A DNA stretch of 64,000 nucleotides, taken from the NCBI GenBank assembly GCA_964494795.1, contig CAZBSV010000181.1, positions 4,591 through 68,590 of the forward strand. The letters run 5' to 3'. The notes beneath the pieces are model-generated. The model made no database searches. It saw nothing but the letters and a program-made list of their open reading frames with translations, and was not told the DNA's origin. Made by a program: the position numbers and the translations under genes. Source of the DNA: an uncultured Spirochaetales bacterium (GTDB lineage: Bacteria; Myxococcota_A; UBA9160; SMWR01). Shown here piece by piece: positions 1 to 9,433 of this stretch (its first letter is position 1; each line of letters starts with the position of its first letter).

Positions 1-432
1 ATCGCGGGAATCCGGAACCGGTTGCGGCCGGGGGCAGCGGTAGCCATCGCTCATCACCGCGACCACGCGCGCCTCGGTGCGAAACGAAGGCCACGCTGAA
101 ATACCCGGCTCGACCAGCGCGCCGATCGAAAAGCGCCCACGAGCGTCGGTTTTCGCCTCGCGGTGACCGAGCACTTCGCGGTCCGGCAGCACATCGTCGT
201 AGTGACCGTCGAAGCGCACCACCACCAGGGCACCCTCGATCGGTTGCCCGCTGGCCTGATCGACGACCGCGCCAGAAACGCCCGGTGCGACGCGCACCGG
301 TAGAATCACACAGGAAAGCTGCAATAGGGCGGCAACCGCCGCAGCGCCAAATGCGGCCACTCGACGCGACCGTTCGGCCAAGCCAGGGCTGCGCGCCCCA
401 CAATCGAATCGACCTCTTGCAGCCATGTGCAT
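1..432 (-). CDS. secreted protein with carboxypeptidase-regulatory-like (CarboxypepD_reg-type) domain; 3' end lies outside the window
   Basis: Absent from the ORF track because there is no stop in the window. My minus-strand translation from ATG 426 (or in-frame ATG 432) reads MAARGRFDCGARSPGLAERSRRVAAFGAAAVAALLQLSCVILPVRVAPGVSGAVVDQASGQPIEGALVVVRFDGHYDD...TDARGRFSIGALVEPG... and stays open to base 1. It has a signal-peptide-like hydrophobic N-terminus followed by the G.V.D...G.PI.GA.V.V / TD..G.F pattern. Confidence 0.5.
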   Translation of the reverse strand, partial: MHMAARGRFDCGARSPGLAERSRRVAAFGAAAVAALLQLSCVILPVRVAPGVSGAVVDQASGQPIEGALVVVRFDGHYDDVLPDREVLGHREAKTDARGRFSIGALVEPGISAWPSFRTEARVVAVMSDGYRCPRPQPVPDSRD

Positions 433-662
433 CTCTCCTCGTTCTTCGTCGCAATCCAAACCGGCTTCCGGTTTTCCACCGCTTCGACCGAAGAAGCGCG
501 GAACCTGAGTACCGACATCACGGTCTGGCCCTACCACCCGCGAAGTTCGCCGCCGAGTCGTTCGAGGGCGCTCAAGGCGGAGGCGCAACAGGTCGATTAG
601 ACGCGTGGAGTGGTCGCCGCTGCGGCCCGGAGTGGTCGCCGCTGCGGCCCTTGGAGGGGAGT

Positions 663-1856
663 GTGGGCGTAGAGCTCAACGACATCCTGAAGATCGCCCT
701 CAAGGGTGGAGCCTCGGATATCCATCTCAAACCCGGCCTACCGCCGATGTTTCGGGTGGACGGCGCGTTGGTTCCGCTGAAAAACGGCGAGCGAATTCCC
801 CCCGACGAACTCCAGAAAATGGCGTTCTCGATCATGAACGAGAACCAGAAGACTCGTTTCAACGAGACCCGGGAAACCGACCTCGCGTACGGGATCGCCG
901 GCCTCGGCCGGTTTCGCGTCAACGTATTCCAACAGCGCGGAACGGTCGGAATCGTCTTCCGTGTGATTCCATTCGGCGTCAAGTCGGTCGAGAGCCTGCA
1001 CCTGCCCAAGATCATCGAGTCCATCGCGATGGAACAGCGGGGATTGGTCCTCGTGACGGGTACCACGGGCTCGGGAAAATCGACGACGCTGGCCGGAATG
1101 ATCGACTACATCAATTCGAATCGGACCTGCCACATCATGACGATCGAGGACCCGATCGAGTTCCTGATTCGCGATCGGCGCTCCATCGTCAATCAGCGCG
1201 AAATCGGAGTGGACACCCAGAGCTTCGCCAACGCGCTGCGGGCTGCCCTGCGTCAGGACCCAGACGTGATCCTCGTCGGAGAGATGCGCGACTTCGAAAC
1301 CATCGAGACGGCCCTCACGGCTGCCGAAACAGGCCATCTCGTGATGAGCACCCTGCACACCCTCGATGCGACGGAAACCATCAACCGCATCATCTCGGTG
1401 TTCCCTCCCTACCAGCAGAAGCAGGTGCGTCTGCAACTCGCCGCAATCCTCAAGGCGGTGATTTCCCAGCGCCTCGTACCGCGCGCCGACGGAAAAGGGC
1501 GGGTGCCCGCGCTGGAGGTGCTGATCAGCACGGCGCGAGTCCGCGAATGCATCGGCGACAAGGATCGAACCAAGGAACTCCACGACGCAATCGCGAAGGG
1601 CTTCACCACCTACGGGATGCAGACCTTCGACCAGTCCTTGATGCACCTGGTGAAACAGGGACTGGTCACCTACGAAGAAGCCCTCAACCACGTCTCCAAT
1701 CCGGACGACTTCGCGCTGCGCTTCCGCGGAATTGCCTCGACGTCGGACGGCACCTGGGACGACTTCGAAAGCGGCGAAAACAAACCCGACGAAAGCGCGC
1801 CCGCGAAAGACGCTTCGACGAACGAAGTCGACGACGAATTCATTCAGCGCTTCTAG
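663..1856 (+). CDS. pilT: type IV pilus retraction ATPase PilT/PilU family
   Basis: ORF 285..1856 has Walker A GTTGSGKSTT, then MTIEDPIEF, ALRQDPDVILVGEMRD and AETGHLVMSTLHT boxes. I moved the start to GTG 663 (VGVELNDILKIALKGGASDIHL), where PilT N-termini normally begin. The upstream 126 codons are Arg/Pro-rich noise. The gene has a roughly 50-aa acidic C-terminal tail. Confidence 0.9.
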   Translation: MGVELNDILKIALKGGASDIHLKPGLPPMFRVDGALVPLKNGERIPPDELQKMAFSIMNENQKTRFNETRETDLAYGIAGLGRFRVNVFQQRGTVGIVFRVIPFGVKSVESLHLPKIIESIAMEQRGLVLVTGTTGSGKSTTLAGMIDYINSNRTCHIMTIEDPIEFLIRDRRSIVNQREIGVDTQSFANALRAALRQDPDVILVGEMRDFETIETALTAAETGHLVMSTLHTLDATETINRIISVFPPYQQKQVRLQLAAILKAVISQRLVPRADGKGRVPALEVLISTARVRECIGDKDRTKELHDAIAKGFTTYGMQTFDQSLMHLVKQGLVTYEEALNHVSNPDDFALRFRGIASTSDGTWDDFESGENKPDESAPAKDASTNEVDDEFIQRF

Positions 1857-1882
1857 CCCGCGCAGATCCTTTATCTATTGAG

Positions 1883-2190
1883 TGAGTCCGCTGCTGGCGG
1901 GGGCCCAGTTGGCCGGGCTGGTTGTGCGGACGGGCTTCTGATTTGAACTCGGTTGCAGGTACACGACGCGTGAGTCCACTGCTGGCGGGGGCCCAGTTGG
2001 CCGGGCTGGTTGTGCGGACGGGCTTCTGATTTGAACTCGGTTGGCAGGTACACGACGCGTGCGTCCGCTGCTGGCGGGGGCCCAGTTGGCCGGGCTGGTT
2101 GTGCGGACGGGCTTCTGATTTGAACTCGCTTGGCAGGTACACGACGCGTGAGCCCGCGGCTGGCGGGGGCCAGAGTTGGCCGGGTCGCTC
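1883..2190. repeat. tandem array of an 88-89 bp unit, about 3.5 copies, intergenic between pilT and alaS
   Basis: Direct reading gives units at 1883-1970, 1971-2059 and 2060-2148, plus a degenerate partial copy to about 2190. Copies are nearly identical. The core is GCTGGCGGGGGCCCAGTTGGCCGGG. Confidence 0.9.
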
Positions 2191-2360
2191 CGCGTTGTAA
2201 CTGGAGGCTTTGCAGAGGCCTGCTCGGCCGGGCCGGCTTCCAGCGGCCTCGGCTGGTCATGCGTGATGCCCCCATCAATTGGCGGTCCTGATCCGCGTCA
2301 GCGGGCCTATCGGGGCTTGGGTATAGTCGGATTCATGCGCGATCTCGGTGGGTTGGAGAG

Positions 2361-5003
2361 GTGATGTCGCCTAGTGCGAGCGAGATTCGAGAGGCGTTTC
2401 TGCGCTTTTTCGAGGGCAAGGGGCATCAGGTCGTCGCGAGTGCTTCGCTGGTTCCCGCAGGCGATCCGACCCTGCTGTTCACCAACGCGGGGATGGTTCC
2501 GTTCAAGAACACCTTCCTGGGGCTGGAAGCGCGCGACTACGTGCGGGCCGCGACTTCGCAGAAGTGCATGCGCGTATCGGGCAAGCACAACGATCTCGAA
2601 AACGTCGGGCGCACGCCCCGCCACAACACCTTTTTCGAAATGCTCGGCAATTTTTCGTTTGGCGATTATTTCAAACTCGAGGCCATCGAGTACAGCTGGG
2701 AGCTGCTCACCGAGCGCTTTGGGATCGACCCGGCGCGAATCGTCGCCACGGTCTTCCGCGAAGACGACGAGGCGCACGATCTCTGGCGCGAGAAGATCGG
2801 GCTTCCGGCCGAGAAGGTCTATCGCCTCGACGAAGCTGAGAACTTCTGGTCGATGGGCGACACCGGCCCCTGCGGGCCCTGTTCCGAGATCCACATCGAC
2901 TTCGGGGTCAACAGCGCCTGCAAGAGCAGCCGCTGCGATCCGTCGTGCGACTGCGGTCGCTGGCTCGAGATCTGGAATCTCGTCTTCATGCAATTCGACC
3001 GCGATGCCGCGGGAAAGCTGACTCCGCTACCCAAGCCGTCGATCGACACGGGCTCGAGCCTCGAGCGCCTCGCGTCCGTCCTGCAGGGCGTCGGATCGAA
3101 TTTCGACACCGATCTGTTTCGAGGGATCATGGCTCGGATTCAGGAGATTTCCAAGACCCAGCGGGGAGACGATTCCGAACGCGACGTCTCGATGAATGTC
3201 GTCGCCGATCACGCTCGCGCGCTGGTGTTCCTGATCGGCGATGGCGTGCTGCCGGGGAACGAGGGGCGGGGTTACGTGCTGCGTCGCCTGCTTCGTCGGG
3301 CCGCGCGCCACGGCGTGCTGCTCGGCGTCGAGCGGCCCTTCTTGTTCAACGTCGGGGACGCCGTGATCGACGAGATGGCACCCGTTTATCCCGAGCTGCG
3401 CGAGCGGCGCGCCTACATCACGGGTCGCATCCAACGAGAAGAAGAGCGCTTCCTCGAAACGCTCTCGAAGGGACTCGCACGGCTCGAAGAGGACATCTCA
3501 CAACTCGAAAGCAGCGGCTCGAAGGTCCTGCCCGGCGAAGCCGTCTTCAAGCTCTACGACACCTATGGCTTCCCGGTCGATCTGACCGCGGACATTCTGG
3601 CGGGCCGGAAGCTGCGGATCGACGAAGTCGGCTTCAACGCCGCGATGACCGCGCAGCGAGAGCGGGCGCGCGCAGCCTGGAAGGGGAGCGGCGACGAACG
3701 CGTGGCCGCAATCTACGGGCGACTCGCGGCCGATTTCAACACCCGCTTTTGCGGATATTCGGAGCTGGGGGGAAGGTCGGCAATCCGCGCGCTGTTGGTG
3801 GATGGAGAGAGCCGCGAAGTCGCAACCCGTGGCCAGTCGGTGGAAATCGTCGTCGACGAAACGCCCTTTTACGCCGAGAGCGGAGGACAAGTGGGCGATC
3901 GCGGTACGCTGCGCGTGCCCGCTGGGAGGGTCGAGATTTCGGACACCCAGCGCCCGGTTCTGGAGCTGGTGGTTCACCGCGGCGTCGTCACGCATGGCGA
4001 GCTGCGCGTCGACGCCGAAGCCGAACTGGCGGTGAACGCAGAGTCGCGCGCGGCAACCGTTCGCAACCACTCCGGGACTCACCTGTTGCACGCGGCACTG
4101 CGCTGCGTGCTCGGGAAACAGGCGATGCAGAAGGGATCGCTGGTCGCCCCCGATCGGCTGCGCTTCGACTTCACCCACGACGCTCCGCTCGACGACGCTC
4201 AGATCGAAGCCATCGAGGACCTCGTGAACGGCTGGATCGAGCAAAACGCGCGGGCCCATATTCGCGAGATGTCGTACCCCGAGGCGATCGAGTCGGGAGC
4301 CGTCGCGATCTTCGACGAGAAATACGGCGATGTCGTGCGTGTGATCCAGTTCGGAGACTTTTCGACGGAACTGTGCGGAGGCACCCATGCCGGCGCGACC
4401 GGCGAGATCGGCCTGCTCAAGATTCTCTCCGAATCGGGCATCGCAGCCGGCGTGCGGCGAATCGAGGCGCTCACGGGCCTCGCAGCGCTGAAGCACTTGC
4501 GCAGACAGGAACGCGCGCTGCGCGCCGCAGCGGAATTGCTTCGGGTTCCGATTGCAGACGTTCCCGGCCGGGTCGAGAAGCTGCTCGCCGATCGGCGCGC
4601 CGCAGAGCGCGAAATCGAGCGGCTCCGATCGGCCCAGCGCGGCGAAACCTCGAAGGGCTTGGGACGCGACTACCGGGAAATTTCCGGAGTGCGCGTGATC
4701 GCCACCCGGGTGGCGGCTGCGGGGGCCAAGGAATTGCGGGCCATGGTGGACGACTTGCGAAGTCAGCTCACAAGCGGGATCGTACTGCTCGCCGCCGAGG
4801 AGAATGGCCAGGTATCGCTCGCGCTCGGCGTCACCAAGGACCTCACCGACCGCTACCGAGCGGGCGACCTGATCCGCGAGATCGCGTTGGTCGTGGCTGG
4901 CAAGGGCGGTGGCAGAGCCGATTTCGCACAGGCAGGCGGCAGCGATCCGAGCAAGATCGACGACGCGTTCGCGCGGCTCGAAGCGTTGATCGCAGGGAGT
5001 TGA
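2361..5003 (+). CDS. alaS: alanine--tRNA ligase
   Basis: 880 aa. Class II AlaRS N-terminus (IREAFLRFFEGKGHQVVASASLVP, DPTLLFTNAGM, FEMLGNFSFGDYFK), editing-domain HSGTHLLH and CGGTH motifs, and a C-terminal DHHA1-like end (GKGGGRADFAQAGG). Confidence 0.97.
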   Translation: MMSPSASEIREAFLRFFEGKGHQVVASASLVPAGDPTLLFTNAGMVPFKNTFLGLEARDYVRAATSQKCMRVSGKHNDLENVGRTPRHNTFFEMLGNFSFGDYFKLEAIEYSWELLTERFGIDPARIVATVFREDDEAHDLWREKIGLPAEKVYRLDEAENFWSMGDTGPCGPCSEIHIDFGVNSACKSSRCDPSCDCGRWLEIWNLVFMQFDRDAAGKLTPLPKPSIDTGSSLERLASVLQGVGSNFDTDLFRGIMARIQEISKTQRGDDSERDVSMNVVADHARALVFLIGDGVLPGNEGRGYVLRRLLRRAARHGVLLGVERPFLFNVGDAVIDEMAPVYPELRERRAYITGRIQREEERFLETLSKGLARLEEDISQLESSGSKVLPGEAVFKLYDTYGFPVDLTADILAGRKLRIDEVGFNAAMTAQRERARAAWKGSGDERVAAIYGRLAADFNTRFCGYSELGGRSAIRALLVDGESREVATRGQSVEIVVDETPFYAESGGQVGDRGTLRVPAGRVEISDTQRPVLELVVHRGVVTHGELRVDAEAELAVNAESRAATVRNHSGTHLLHAALRCVLGKQAMQKGSLVAPDRLRFDFTHDAPLDDAQIEAIEDLVNGWIEQNARAHIREMSYPEAIESGAVAIFDEKYGDVVRVIQFGDFSTELCGGTHAGATGEIGLLKILSESGIAAGVRRIEALTGLAALKHLRRQERALRAAAELLRVPIADVPGRVEKLLADRRAAEREIERLRSAQRGETSKGLGRDYREISGVRVIATRVAAAGAKELRAMVDDLRSQLTSGIVLLAAEENGQVSLALGVTKDLTDRYRAGDLIREIALVVAGKGGGRADFAQAGGSDPSKIDDAFARLEALIAGS

Positions 5004-5007
5004 AGCA

Positions 5008-7026
5008 GTGACGCAGCCCTACATCACTGATCCGTTTGCCCCCCACCGACGGCGCACCCGCGAAGTGCGCATCGGCGACGTGGGAATCGGCGGCTCGAAT
5101 CCGATTCGAATCCAGTCGATGACGACCACCGATACCCGGAACACCCAGGCGACGGCCGATCAGACCGAACTCCTGGCGGCGACCGGCTGCGAAATCGTCC
5201 GCATCACCGCTCCGTCGCTGATCGATGCCGAGAATCTTGCCGCGATCAAGAAGGAACTCGAGCGGCGAAACGTTCGCGTTCCGCTGGTCGCCGACATTCA
5301 CTTCACGCCGAACGCCGCGATGGTCGCGGCCGAGCACGTCGAAAAGATCCGGATCAATCCCGGAAATTACGCCGACAAGAAGAAGTTCGCGGTGCTCGAG
5401 TATACGGACGCCGCTTACGCGAACGAAGTCGAACGCGTCGCCGAAAAATTCAGACCGCTCGTGCGGCGCTGCAAGGAACTCGGCCGAGCGATTCGGATCG
5501 GCACGAATCACGGATCGCTTTCCGATCGGATCATGAATAGGTTCGGAGACACGCCGGCCGGAATGGTGGAGAGCGCGCTCGAATTTCTCGACGTCTGCGA
5601 GAACGAAAACTTCCGCGACATCGTGTTCAGCATGAAGTCGAGCAACACGCAGGTCGCCATCCAGGCGTACCGACTGCTGGCAGCGAGACTCGCCGAACGC
5701 GCGCCCGGCGAGCCGAGCTATCCGTTCCACGTGGGTGTCACCGAGGCGGGCGACGGCGAGGACGGTCGCATCAAGAGCGCAATCGGAATCGGCGCCCTGC
5801 TCGTCGATGGCATCGGCGACACGATCCGCGTTTCGCTCACCGAACCTCCGGAGGAAGAGGTTCCGGTCGCATCGGCGATCGCGGCGATCTGCTCGGGCGC
5901 CTGGGATGTCCGGTCGGAGTCCGTCGATCCCGGAGCTCCGTTCACCGCAGACCCCTACGCGCACAATCGCCGCATCACTCGAAGCGTGGGAACTGCCGAT
6001 TTCGAAATCGGCGGAAATCACCCGATTCGCGTCGAGATCGACCTCGGAGCAGTACCGTCGGATCCCAAGAAGGCGGCGGAAGAGCTCGTTCGCAGCCTCA
6101 AGAAATTCCCGGATCTCGCATGCGAGGGCCTGGCGCTGCATGTCTCGGATCCGAAAACCGCCGGCGCCCTTCAGGTCTTTTCCGATGCGCTGACCGACGC
6201 GGGAAAGTCGATTCCGTTGTGCGTTCGCGTCGAGCCCGGCACGTACGCGGAGTGGCCGCCCTGTGTCGCGCGCGTCGCGCTGGCTACGGACTCGGCAAGC
6301 GAAGACGCGCTGCTCGACGAGATGGCGGTGCACTGCGCGCAGTCTCGCATCCCGCTCGAATGGAATCTTCGCGGCGGCATCGGTGAGATTTCCGCTCAAC
6401 TCGACCGCGCGCTCGACGCCAGCGCGCGCGCCGGCCTCGAAAACATCCTCGTGTCGGTCGAAGCGGAACTTCCAATTCAGGCCGCGCGCCTGGTGGCCGC
6501 GCGCCTCGAAGCGCGAGGGGCGTCGGACGTGCCGATCGCACTGCGACACCGTCGCGCAGGCGACGACTCCGACGAGTTCGCGGTGATCCGCGCGGCCCAC
6601 GTACTCGGCGCATCGCTTTGCGATGGAATCGGAGACGTCGTGTCGCTCGAGGGTTTCGGAGACCCTTCGCGGGCCGTCGATCTCGCCTACCGCATTCTGC
6701 AGGGCGCGCGACGGCGAACTTCGCGCACGGAGTACATCTCCTGTCCCTCCTGCGGCCGGACGCTCTTCGACCTGGTCGAGACGACCGAGCGGATCAAGGC
6801 GCGCACGCTGCACCTGGTCGGAGTCAAGATCGCCATCATGGGTTGCATCGTGAACGGACCGGGCGAAATGGCCGACGCAGATTTCGGCTACGTGGGGTCG
6901 GGACCCGGACGCGTCAACCTCTACGCCGGCAAGGATCTCGTGGTACGCAGCGTGCCCGACACGATCGCCGATGACCGACTCATCGAACTGATCCGCGAAC
7001 GCGGCCGCTGGATCGACCCGGCCTGA
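5008..7026 (+). CDS. ispG: 4-hydroxy-3-methylbut-2-en-1-yl diphosphate synthase, long form with inserted domain
   Basis: 672 aa. GcpE TIM-barrel N-domain (IRIQSMTTTDT, VPLVADIHF, IRINPGNY, IRIGTNHGSL) and a C-terminal Fe-S domain (ISCPSCGRT...MGCIVNGPGEM), separated by an insert of about 270 aa. GTG start lies 4 nt after the alaS stop. Confidence 0.93.
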   Translation: MTQPYITDPFAPHRRRTREVRIGDVGIGGSNPIRIQSMTTTDTRNTQATADQTELLAATGCEIVRITAPSLIDAENLAAIKKELERRNVRVPLVADIHFTPNAAMVAAEHVEKIRINPGNYADKKKFAVLEYTDAAYANEVERVAEKFRPLVRRCKELGRAIRIGTNHGSLSDRIMNRFGDTPAGMVESALEFLDVCENENFRDIVFSMKSSNTQVAIQAYRLLAARLAERAPGEPSYPFHVGVTEAGDGEDGRIKSAIGIGALLVDGIGDTIRVSLTEPPEEEVPVASAIAAICSGAWDVRSESVDPGAPFTADPYAHNRRITRSVGTADFEIGGNHPIRVEIDLGAVPSDPKKAAEELVRSLKKFPDLACEGLALHVSDPKTAGALQVFSDALTDAGKSIPLCVRVEPGTYAEWPPCVARVALATDSASEDALLDEMAVHCAQSRIPLEWNLRGGIGEISAQLDRALDASARAGLENILVSVEAELPIQAARLVAARLEARGASDVPIALRHRRAGDDSDEFAVIRAAHVLGASLCDGIGDVVSLEGFGDPSRAVDLAYRILQGARRRTSRTEYISCPSCGRTLFDLVETTERIKARTLHLVGVKIAIMGCIVNGPGEMADADFGYVGSGPGRVNLYAGKDLVVRSVPDTIADDRLIELIRERGRWIDPA

Positions 7027-7034
7027 AGGCCGGA

Positions 7035-7571
7035 TCAGCGGGATCTGGGCGGGCTCGCCACGTCGATCTCCGGGGTCGGCGCCTCGCGCGCCAACGACTC
7101 CATGTATTCGACCGCGGCGAGGGTGCGGGTATCTGCGATCGCGGGATGTTCCCGGCCAACGCGATCGCCGACGAGGATGACGAGCAAGACGACGATCAGA
7201 ACCCCCTCGGTCGAACCGAGCAACGCGCCGCCCATCCGGTCGACGAATCCGAGCCCGACCGCGCGCACGCCGCGTCGAACGATTCGCCCGATGGTCGTGA
7301 CCGCCCCGATCGTCACGAGCACGATCAGCGCGCCAGCCACCCAGGGCGCCAGAACCTCGCTGATCCGGCCGTCACCGATCTCGCGCACCCACTCGGCAAC
7401 CGGACTCACGAACGCCGCAACCGCCAGATAGGCGGCCCCGAGCGAGGCGAGCGAGAAAGCCTCTCGGATCAAACCCATGAAAAAACCGCGCAGGCACGCG
7501 ATTCCGATGATCGTGCCCACGATGATGTCAACCGATTCGAAGCCGCCCAAAGTGGCGCGAGTGTAGCCCAT
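7035..7571 (-). CDS. cvpA: CvpA-family membrane protein
   Basis: ORF 7035..7649 encodes four hydrophobic helices (DIIVGTIIGIACLRGFFMGLIREAFSLASL..., GFVDRMGGALLGSTEGVLIVVLLVIL), typical of CvpA. Start placed at internal ATG 7571. Confidence 0.75.
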   Translation of the reverse strand: MGYTRATLGGFESVDIIVGTIIGIACLRGFFMGLIREAFSLASLGAAYLAVAAFVSPVAEWVREIGDGRISEVLAPWVAGALIVLVTIGAVTTIGRIVRRGVRAVGLGFVDRMGGALLGSTEGVLIVVLLVILVGDRVGREHPAIADTRTLAAVEYMESLAREAPTPEIDVASPPRSR

Positions 7572-7672
7572 GCGCGGCGCGCGCTTGGCAGACGCGAAGC
7601 CGGACCATCGGATTGGGCGAATGGCCAGCCAGGTCGAAAACCCGCGCAAACGAAAACACCCCTTCCCAAAAC

Positions 7673-7835
7673 AACCCGGCCAACTGGGCCCCGGCTAGTG
7701 GAGCCCTCTCATTCAGAAGCGAACCTGTCCGGGCAAACTGGGCCCCGGCTAGTGGCGCCCACTCATTCCAACACGGAGCTGTCCGGGCAGGGCCCCCGCC
7801 AGCGGCGGATTCCCTCATTAGGCCCCGGAACTGCG
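7673..7835. repeat. tandem array of a 54 bp unit, 3 copies, related in inverted orientation to the 1883-2190 repeat
   Basis: Units at about 7673-7727, 7728-7781 and 7782-7835. The reverse complement of unit 1 contains GGGGCCCAGTTGGCCGGG, identical to the core of the 88-bp repeat. Unit 3 contains CCCCCGCCAGC. Confidence 0.85.
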
Positions 7836-7839
7836 CGGG

Positions 7840-8556
7840 CTAATACCGCCCGATCATCCTCAGATACATCCGCGCGTCTTCGCACTCGGGATGCTCGGCG
7901 AGCACGGCCTCCCACTCGTGCGCGGCCGCTTCGACGCGACCCAGTGAATAGAGGGTTACACCGAGCTGCACCGCGGCATCGAGAAATCCGGGGTGGGCGA
8001 GCAGAATGCGGCGAAACTCTGCGATCGCGCGATCGGGAAGTCCCGCGTCGCGCAGTGCGATCCCGAGTCGAATGCGAATGTCGGGAAAGTTCGGACAGCG
8101 GTCGAGCGCTTTGCGATAAGCCTCGATCGCCTCGCGGAACTCGCCCACTTCGCGATAGGCGTCGCCGAGAGCAGCCTGGAGGTTCGCGAGCTTGCCGCGG
8201 GTGGTGGCATCGAGCGCCCCATCCGCAGAGCGCGCCAGATTGCCCGCCCGCTGCGCGATCTCACGAGATCGCTCGAAGTCACCCTGATTCTCGTAGACGT
8301 TGGCGAGAGCGAGCAGGGCTTCCGAATAGGCGGGATTGATCCGCAGCGCTTCGCGGAGCGAATGGCCCGCCGCGCTGAGATCGCCCTTGCGCTGATACAA
8401 CACTCCGATCATGTAGTGAACATCGGCGAAATTGCGGCTTTGGATCAGTCTCGTCAGATGGGGCAGCGAAGCTTCGGCATCTCCCCGATCGAAGCAGCGC
8501 TTTCCGAGTTCGTAGTCCCGCCGCTCAGTGGGCGTCAGCTGTCCCGATTGGCTCAT
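7840..8556 (-). CDS. tetratricopeptide-repeat protein
   Basis: 238 aa made of serial TPR-like A..Y/G...A.....AL...P helices (e.g. YMIGVLYQRKGDLSAAGHSLREALRINP, ALLALANVYENQGDFERS). Confidence 0.75.
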   Translation of the reverse strand: MSQSGQLTPTERRDYELGKRCFDRGDAEASLPHLTRLIQSRNFADVHYMIGVLYQRKGDLSAAGHSLREALRINPAYSEALLALANVYENQGDFERSREIAQRAGNLARSADGALDATTRGKLANLQAALGDAYREVGEFREAIEAYRKALDRCPNFPDIRIRLGIALRDAGLPDRAIAEFRRILLAHPGFLDAAVQLGVTLYSLGRVEAAAHEWEAVLAEHPECEDARMYLRMIGRY

Positions 8557-8566
8557 CCAAAGCCCC

Positions 8567-9337
8567 CTAGTTGATCTTCGGACCCTCTGCGATCCGGTCC
8601 GCTGCTGCCTGGGCGTATTCGCTGTCTCGGTAGTTCTGGACGATCGACTGGAAGATCCGCTCGGCCTCTTCGTCGCGGCGCATCTCCCGATAACAGATCG
8701 CGAGATTGTAAAGCGCCTCGTCGTCCAAGCCGAGTCCTGGATATTCGTTCAATATCGACCGATAACGCTCTGCGGCGCTCTCGTACTCTTCCAGCTCCAT
8801 GTAGTACTCGGCGATCCGAGCGACGCTGTTCGCAAGCATGGTGCGCAGATCCCGCCAGAGAATCTCACCTTCACGCGCCTCGGGCGAATGCGGATATTTC
8901 GCGAGCAATCGGTCGAGGTGGAGCAGCGCATCGCGCGTAGCGGTCTGGTCGCGGTTGGCGGCGTGCATCTGTTGCTCGCGACAGTGTGCGGATTGCAGGA
9001 TCGTATACGGAACCTTCTCGTGTTGGGGGTGGAGGTCCGCGAAGTCCCGGTAGTACGACAGCGCCTCGTCGTAGCGGCCGTCATCGAAGTAGGCGTCGGC
9101 GATCTTGAGTTCCGCGAGGAGGGCAAATTCGCTGTAAGGATAATTGTCGATGATCGCCTGGAGCCTCTCGATCGCCCGGACGTAATCGGTCGTGCGGAAA
9201 ATCAGCCAGCTTCGCCCCTTGAGGATGTCGGTCGCCTCTGCGTACAATTCGTCGGCCGGCGCCACCGCCTCGAATGCGGGCGGCGGAGACGAGCAGGCCA
9301 CGGCGAGCGCCGCGAGGGCGATCGAGCGCTTGAACAT
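8567..9337 (-). CDS. bamD: outer membrane protein assembly factor BamD (YfiO-like lipoprotein)
   Basis: ORF 8567..9364. From ATG 9337 it reads MFKRSIALAALAVAC with lipobox LAVAC, followed by BamD-type TPR helices (ERLQAIIDNYPYSEFALLAELKIADAYF, LDRLLAKYPHSPEA, IAEYYMELEEYESAAERY). Confidence 0.85.
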   Translation of the reverse strand: MFKRSIALAALAVACSSPPPAFEAVAPADELYAEATDILKGRSWLIFRTTDYVRAIERLQAIIDNYPYSEFALLAELKIADAYFDDGRYDEALSYYRDFADLHPQHEKVPYTILQSAHCREQQMHAANRDQTATRDALLHLDRLLAKYPHSPEAREGEILWRDLRTMLANSVARIAEYYMELEEYESAAERYRSILNEYPGLGLDDEALYNLAICYREMRRDEEAERIFQSIVQNYRDSEYAQAAADRIAEGPKIN

Positions 9338-9433
9338 GGAAACCGCGGGTGCGTGGCAGCGCATCGGCTCATCTCGATTCGCGTGAATCTGCTAGCGTGT
9401 CGTACCCATTATACCGGCGTGAGGAATACATCG

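Noticed and set aside
285-662. 126-codon N-terminal extension of the PilT ORF
   Set aside because: It is Arg/Pro-rich and overlaps the divergent gene start at 426/432. PilT homologues begin at the position of GTG 663.
4843-6813. 656-aa ORF on the minus strand
   Set aside because: It lies entirely antisense to ispG and the alaS 3' end. The product is Arg/Asp/Gly-rich with no recognisable motifs. Long stop-free antisense frames are expected at this GC content.
1883-7835. Composite transposon or genomic island bounded by inverted repeats
   Set aside because: The enclosed genes (alaS, ispG, cvpA) are core housekeeping genes. There is no transposase or integrase, and the repeats are tandem arrays rather than IS termini. 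A REP/MITE-like interpretation is kept as a finding instead.
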